Positions 57,474 to 62,000 of a stretch of DNA of 62,000 bases are shown one piece after another. Every line of letters begins with the position of its first letter. Position 1 is the stretch's first letter. Origin of the DNA: Chiloscyllium plagiosum (taxonomy: Eukaryota); contig NC_057749.1 in NCBI RefSeq assembly GCF_004010195.1, forward strand, positions 17,005,750 through 17,067,749. Direction: 5' to 3'. A model generated the notes under the pieces. That model ran no database searches, was not told where the DNA came from, and saw only the letters and a program-made list of their open reading frames with translations. The position numbers and the translations under genes were made by a program.

Positions 57474-57724
57474 NNNNNNNNNNNNNNNNNNNNNNNNNNN
57501 NNNNNNNNNNNNNNNNNNNNNNNNNNNNNNNNNNNNNNNNNNNNNNNNNNNNNNNNNNNNNNNNNNNNNNNNNNNNNNNNNNNNNNNNNNNNNNNNNNNN
57601 NNNNNNNNNNNNNNNNNNNNNNNNNNNNNNNNNNNNNNNNNNNNNNNNNNNNNNNNNNNNNNNNNNNNNNNNNNNNNNNNNNNNNNNNNNNNNNNNNNNN
57701 NNNNNNNNNNNNNNNNNNNNNNNN
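57474..57724. other. Assembly gap (N run) within the Penelope-like element
   Basis: N bases. Confidence 1.
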
Positions 57725-58516
57725 AGGGGTGGGGAGGGAAATATATCCCTGGTGGTGGGGTCTTTTTGGAGGTGGCAGAAATGTCGGCGGATAATTTGGT
57801 TGATGCGAAGGTTGGTAGGGTGGAAGGTGAGCACCAGGGACTTTCTGTCCTTGTTACGGTTGGAGGGGTGGGGTCTGAGGGCAGAGGTGCGGGGTGTGGA
57901 CGCGATGCGTTGGAGGGCATCTTTAACCACGTGGGAAGGGAAATTGCGGTCTCTAAAGAAGGAGGCCATCTGGTGTGTTCTGTGGTGGAACTGGTCCTCC
58001 TGGGAGCAGATACGGCGGAGACGGAGGAATTGGGAATACGGGATGGCATTTTTGCAAGAGGTAGGGTGGGAAGAGGTGTAATCCAGGTAGCTGTGGGACG
58101 ACGCTGTCTGCTGAGTAACCCAGTGGCCAGGAAGGAATGGTGACTGATGTATCAGGGCAATGGAAGGTTCCAATGGAACAGTAAATCTCGAGGGAGTCTC
58201 CTCTTTAATTTATTCACAGGACATTGTAGCAGTGAGCACAGGGCAGCTTTCCAACTGCTGCTTTTGCTGGGTAAAGAGACACTGGAACATTAAGGAACTG
58301 CTGGAAACATCGAGCAGATCAGTCAGCATTCGAAAAGGGAAACAAAAACAGACTGGTGCTCCTTGTGAAAATGAAGGCTCCAATCTGAGGCACCAACTCA
58401 TCTTCCACTGACATTACCATACCAGGCGGCTGGCACTGTTGCCTCTGGGACAGGAGGCTTTGGATACAAAGCCCACACCAGAGGCTTCTGCAAAAATCTG
58501 AATGATCTTTTCTTGT

Positions 58517-59963
58517 GTACTGAAGGAGCGCCACGCTGTCAGATGGCCAGTACAGAGGGAGTGCCACACTGTCAGAGGGCCAGTACTAAAGGAGTGCTGC
58601 ACTGTCAGAGGGTCAGTACCGAGGGAGTGCCAGGCTGTTGGAGGGTCAGTACCGAGTGTGTGCTGCGCTGTCGGAGGGTTAGTACTGAGGGAATGCCGCA
58701 CTGTCGGCGGATCCGTACCAAGGTAGCATCGTGCCATCGGAGGGTCAGTTCCGAATGAGCGCTGCGTTGTGGGTCAGGTACCGAGGGAATGCCACACTGT
58801 CGGAGGGTCAGTACTGAAGGAGTGCCGCGCTGTCGGAGGGTCAGTACAGAGTGAGTGCTGTGCTGTTGGAGGGTCAGTGCTGAGGGAGTGTTGCACTGTC
58901 GGAGGGTCAGAACCGAGGGAGTGCTGTGCTGTTGGAGTATCAGTGCTGAGGGAGCGTGGCACTGTCGGAGAGTCAGTACAGAGTGAGTGCCGCACTGTTG
59001 GAGTGTCAGTACTGAGTGAGCACTGCGCTGTTGGAGTGTCAGTACAGACAGAGCACCGCGCTGTCAGAGGGTCAGTGCTGAGGGAGTGCCGCATTGTCAG
59101 AGGGTCAGTACAGAGTGAGCACCGCGCTGTCGGAGGGTCAGTGCTGAGGGAGCGCCACACTGTCAGAGAGTGAGTACAGAGTGAGCACCGCGCTCTCGGA
59201 GGGTCAGTGCTGAGGGAGCGCCGTACTGTCAGAGGGTCAGTACAGAGTGAGCACCGCGCTGACGGAGGGTCAGTGCTGAGGGAGCGCCGCACTGTCAGAG
59301 GGTCAGTACAGAGTGAGCACCGCGCTCTCGGAGGGTCAGTGCTGAGGGAGCGCCGCACTGTCAGAGGGTCAATACAGAGTGAGCGCCGCGCTGACGGGAG
59401 GTCAGTACAGAGTGAGTGCCGCGCTGTCGGAAGGTCAGTACAGAGTGAGTGCCGCGCTGTCGGAGGGTCAGTACAGAGTGAGCACTGCGCCGTCGGAGGG
59501 TCAGTACAGAGTGAGAACCGCGCCGTCGGAGGGTCAGTACAGAGTGAGCACCACACCATCGGAGGGTCAGTACAGAGTGAGCACCATGCCGTCGAAGGGT
59601 CAGTACAGAGTGAGCACCGTGCTGTCGGAGGGTCAGTGCTGAGGGAGTGCTGCAATGTCGGAGGGTCAGTGCTGAGGGAGTGCTGCTCTGTCAGAGAATC
59701 AGTGCTGAGGGAGTGCTGCTCTGTCAGAGGGTCAGTAGAGAGCGAGCGCCGCGCTGTCGGAGGGTCCGTACTGAGGGAGTGCCGCGCTGTCAGAGGGTCA
59801 GTACTGAGGGAGTGCCGCACTGTCAGAGGGTCAGTGCTGAGGGAGGGCCGCACTGTCAGAGGGTCTGTACTGAGGGAGGGCCACACTGTCGGAGGGTCTG
59901 TACTGAGGGAGCACCGCGCTGTCGGAGGGTCAGTGCTGAGGGAGTGCTGCACTGTCAGAGGGT
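58517..59963. repeat. 33-bp minisatellite, ~44 copies (CAGTACTGAGGGAGTGCCGCACTGTCGGAGGGT)
   Basis: Direct inspection; 11-aa periodicity in the ORF track. Confidence 0.95.
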
Positions 59964-60002
59964 TCCTCAAATCTGCTCTGCCTTTCAATAAGATCATGGA
60001 TA

Positions 60003-60137
60003 ATAAAAACCAAAAGAATTGTGGATGTTGCAAATCAGAAACAAAACCAGCAATTCCTGAAAAAGCTCAGCAGGTCTGGCAGCATCTGTGCAGAGAAATC
60101 AGAGTTAATGTTTCGCGTTCAGTGTCCCTTCCTCAGA
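60003..60137 (-). mobile_element. Penelope-end fragment with a degenerate hammerhead
   Basis: The minus strand reads CUGAGGA-AGGGACACUGAACGC-GAAAC-AUU; same family as 16621-16821. Confidence 0.6.
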
Positions 60138-60412
60138 TCATGGTTAATCTGTCACAGTCTCAAAACCCCTGCCGTATCCTCATAACCCTCAATTTCCCAT
60201 TTACTTCAAAAATCTATCAGCCTCTTCTTTTTATATTTTTAGTGACCTAGTTCCTTACTCTATAAGTATGTCCCTAGTTCAGGATATATCCATCATTGGA
60301 AACATTTTCTCAACACTGACCCTGCCAAGCCCCCTCAGAATCTTGTATATATCAACAGGATTGCTCATTATTCTTCTAAACTCTGATGAATAAAGGCCTA
60401 ACCTGTTTTGCT

Positions 60413-61262
60413 GATTTGATTTGACTTATCATTGTCACATGTACCTAGGTAGAGTGAAAAGTTTTGTTTTGCGTGCAGGCAAAGATCATAGGGTGATTGA
60501 ACATTATGAGGAATACAAAGTTAAGGCCGCAGTGAGGTGCATAAAAAGCAAGTTCAACAAATTTCAAGTTGAAATTTGAGAGGTCAATTCTGAAGTCTAA
60601 TAACAGTGAGAAAGAAGCTGCTCTTGAACCTGTTGGAACATGTGTTTAAGCTTTTGTATTGTCAACCTGACAGAAGAGGTTGCAAGAGGTTATAATTGGG
60701 GTGGGAGGGGTCTTTGATGCTGACAGTTGCCTTTCTGAGGCAGTGAGAAGTGTAGATTGAGTCAGTGGGTGGGAGGTTGGTTTACGTGATGGTCTATGCT
60801 GTGTTCACAACTCTCTGTAGTTTCCTACGGTCCTGGGCAGAGCAGTTGCCATACCAAGCTGTGATATATTCAAATGGAATGCTTTCAGCAGTGCATCTGT
60901 AAAGGTTGGTGAGGGTCCTTATGGACAGGCCAAATTTCTTTAGCCTCCCGAGGAAGAAGAGGCGTTTTTGTGCCTTCTTGACTGTCACATCAATGTGGGT
61001 GGTCCAGGACAGATTGTTGGTGATCGTCACTCCTAGGGACTTGATACTCTCGACCATCTCTTCCTCATCTCCATTGACGTAGACAGGGGTCCACCTCCTT
61101 GCTTTCTGAAGTCAACGATCAGCTCTTTAGTTTTGCTGATGTTGATGGAGAGATTGTTATCTTTACACCACATCACTAAACACTATCTCTCTCCTGTATT
61201 CTGTCGCGTCATTGTTTGATATTGGGTCATACATGGTGTAGTCAGTGAACTTGTCGATGGAG
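60413..61262 (-). mobile_element. Rex1/Babar-like LINE RT C-terminal fragment inserted into a CR1 remnant
   Basis: LGVTITNNLSWTTHIDVTVKKAQKRLFFLGRLKKF..LYRCTAESI..ITAWYGNCSAQDRRKLQRVV; (TCAAA)n-like tail at ~60413-60425. Confidence 0.7.
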
Positions 61263-62000
61263 TTTGGACAAAAGCTGTTCTTGATAAGTCAAACTTTTCA
61301 TACCAGGAATCCACAAAGTGAATTTATTTTGAAAGGTCTCAATGGCAGTGCGTTCTTTCTTAAATACAGGAACTAAGACTGTACACAGTACTCCAGGTGT
61401 ACCCTCAATAACACCCTGTACAGGGGCAAAAAAACTCCCTTATTTTCAACCTCTAACCCGGACCAATAAAGGTCCAAATACCATCTGCCTTAATTACATA
61501 TTGCACCTGTATGCTAACCTTTTGTGTTTCATGCACAAGAACACTAGCTCCCTCTTTCTCCATTTAAACAATAGCCTGTCCTTTGATTTTTTTTCTGTAC
61601 CAAATGCATAATATCACACTTTGCTCCATTAAACTCCACCTGCCAAGTTATTGCCCATTCACTCAACCTCTCAATATCACTTGGTAGCTTTCTTATGTCC
61701 TCATCACAACATGCTTACTGATCAATTTCTGTACTGCCAGCAAATTTGGATAAATTAGGCTCTGCCCCCTCCTTCAAGTCATTAACACAGATAGCAAATA
61801 ACACAGAGGACCAACACTGATCCTTGTAACACTCCAAAAGTTAAGTCTTTCTAACCTGCCATAGGACCCATTAATCATGACTCTGTGTTAATCAATTATC
61901 AATCCATGCTAATATATGACTCTAATTTCACACCGTGAACTCCTACTTAGGCAGGAACATTTTTATGTGGCACCTTATCGAATGCGTTTGGAAGACAAAT

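Larger units (their letters stand above)
57090..58095 (-). mobile_element. Penelope-like retroelement, second copy with 3' end; spans an N gap
   Basis: SYLDYTSSHPTSCKNAIPYSQFLRLRRICS..RNFPSHVVKDALQRI; homologous to 54615-55690; ends in the hammerhead-bearing terminus. Confidence 0.85.

Noticed and set aside
58774..60250. 419-aa and 347-aa ORFs on opposite strands
   Set aside because: Artefacts of a 33-bp, largely stop-free minisatellite; open on both strands with no other coding signal.
54241..62000. IQGAP1 exons 1-2
   Set aside because: No sequence encoding the expected ..AYEYLCHLEEAKR was found; these exons lie beyond the window.

Overview
Eukaryotic genomic DNA, most likely from a cartilaginous fish (shark), judged from HE1-type SINEs and CR1/HER1-type LINEs. 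The window is the interior of one minus-strand gene, IQGAP1. I mapped 27 consecutive coding exons (equivalent to human exons ~3-29, numbered from memory of the human gene) from 54240 down to 97. All have GT-AG junctions and continuous phase, giving 3645 nt with no stop and covering the CH domain, IQGAP repeats, WW, four IQ motifs and the RasGAP-related domain. Both ends of the gene lie outside the window. The introns hold tRNA-derived SINEs, CR1 and Rex/Babar-like LINE fragments, Penelope-like elements, solo LTRs, minisatellites and two N gaps. The main non-coding signals are: (1) minimal hammerhead-ribozyme motifs from Penelope-like ends, including a 127-bp insert with a perfect 15-bp target-site duplication and an intact core on the IQGAP1 sense strand; (2) a 3x38-bp tandem CTCF-motif array between G-quadruplex runs; (3) an RFX X-box/CCAAT/CRE cluster beside the gap in the 15-kb intron 15, a candidate internal promoter; (4) a 40-bp near-perfect palindrome in a putative LTR; (5) minisatellites apparently seeded from a SINE, from a repeat tail, and from a splice donor. 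Repeat family names come from motif recognition, not database searches, and repeat boundaries are approximate.
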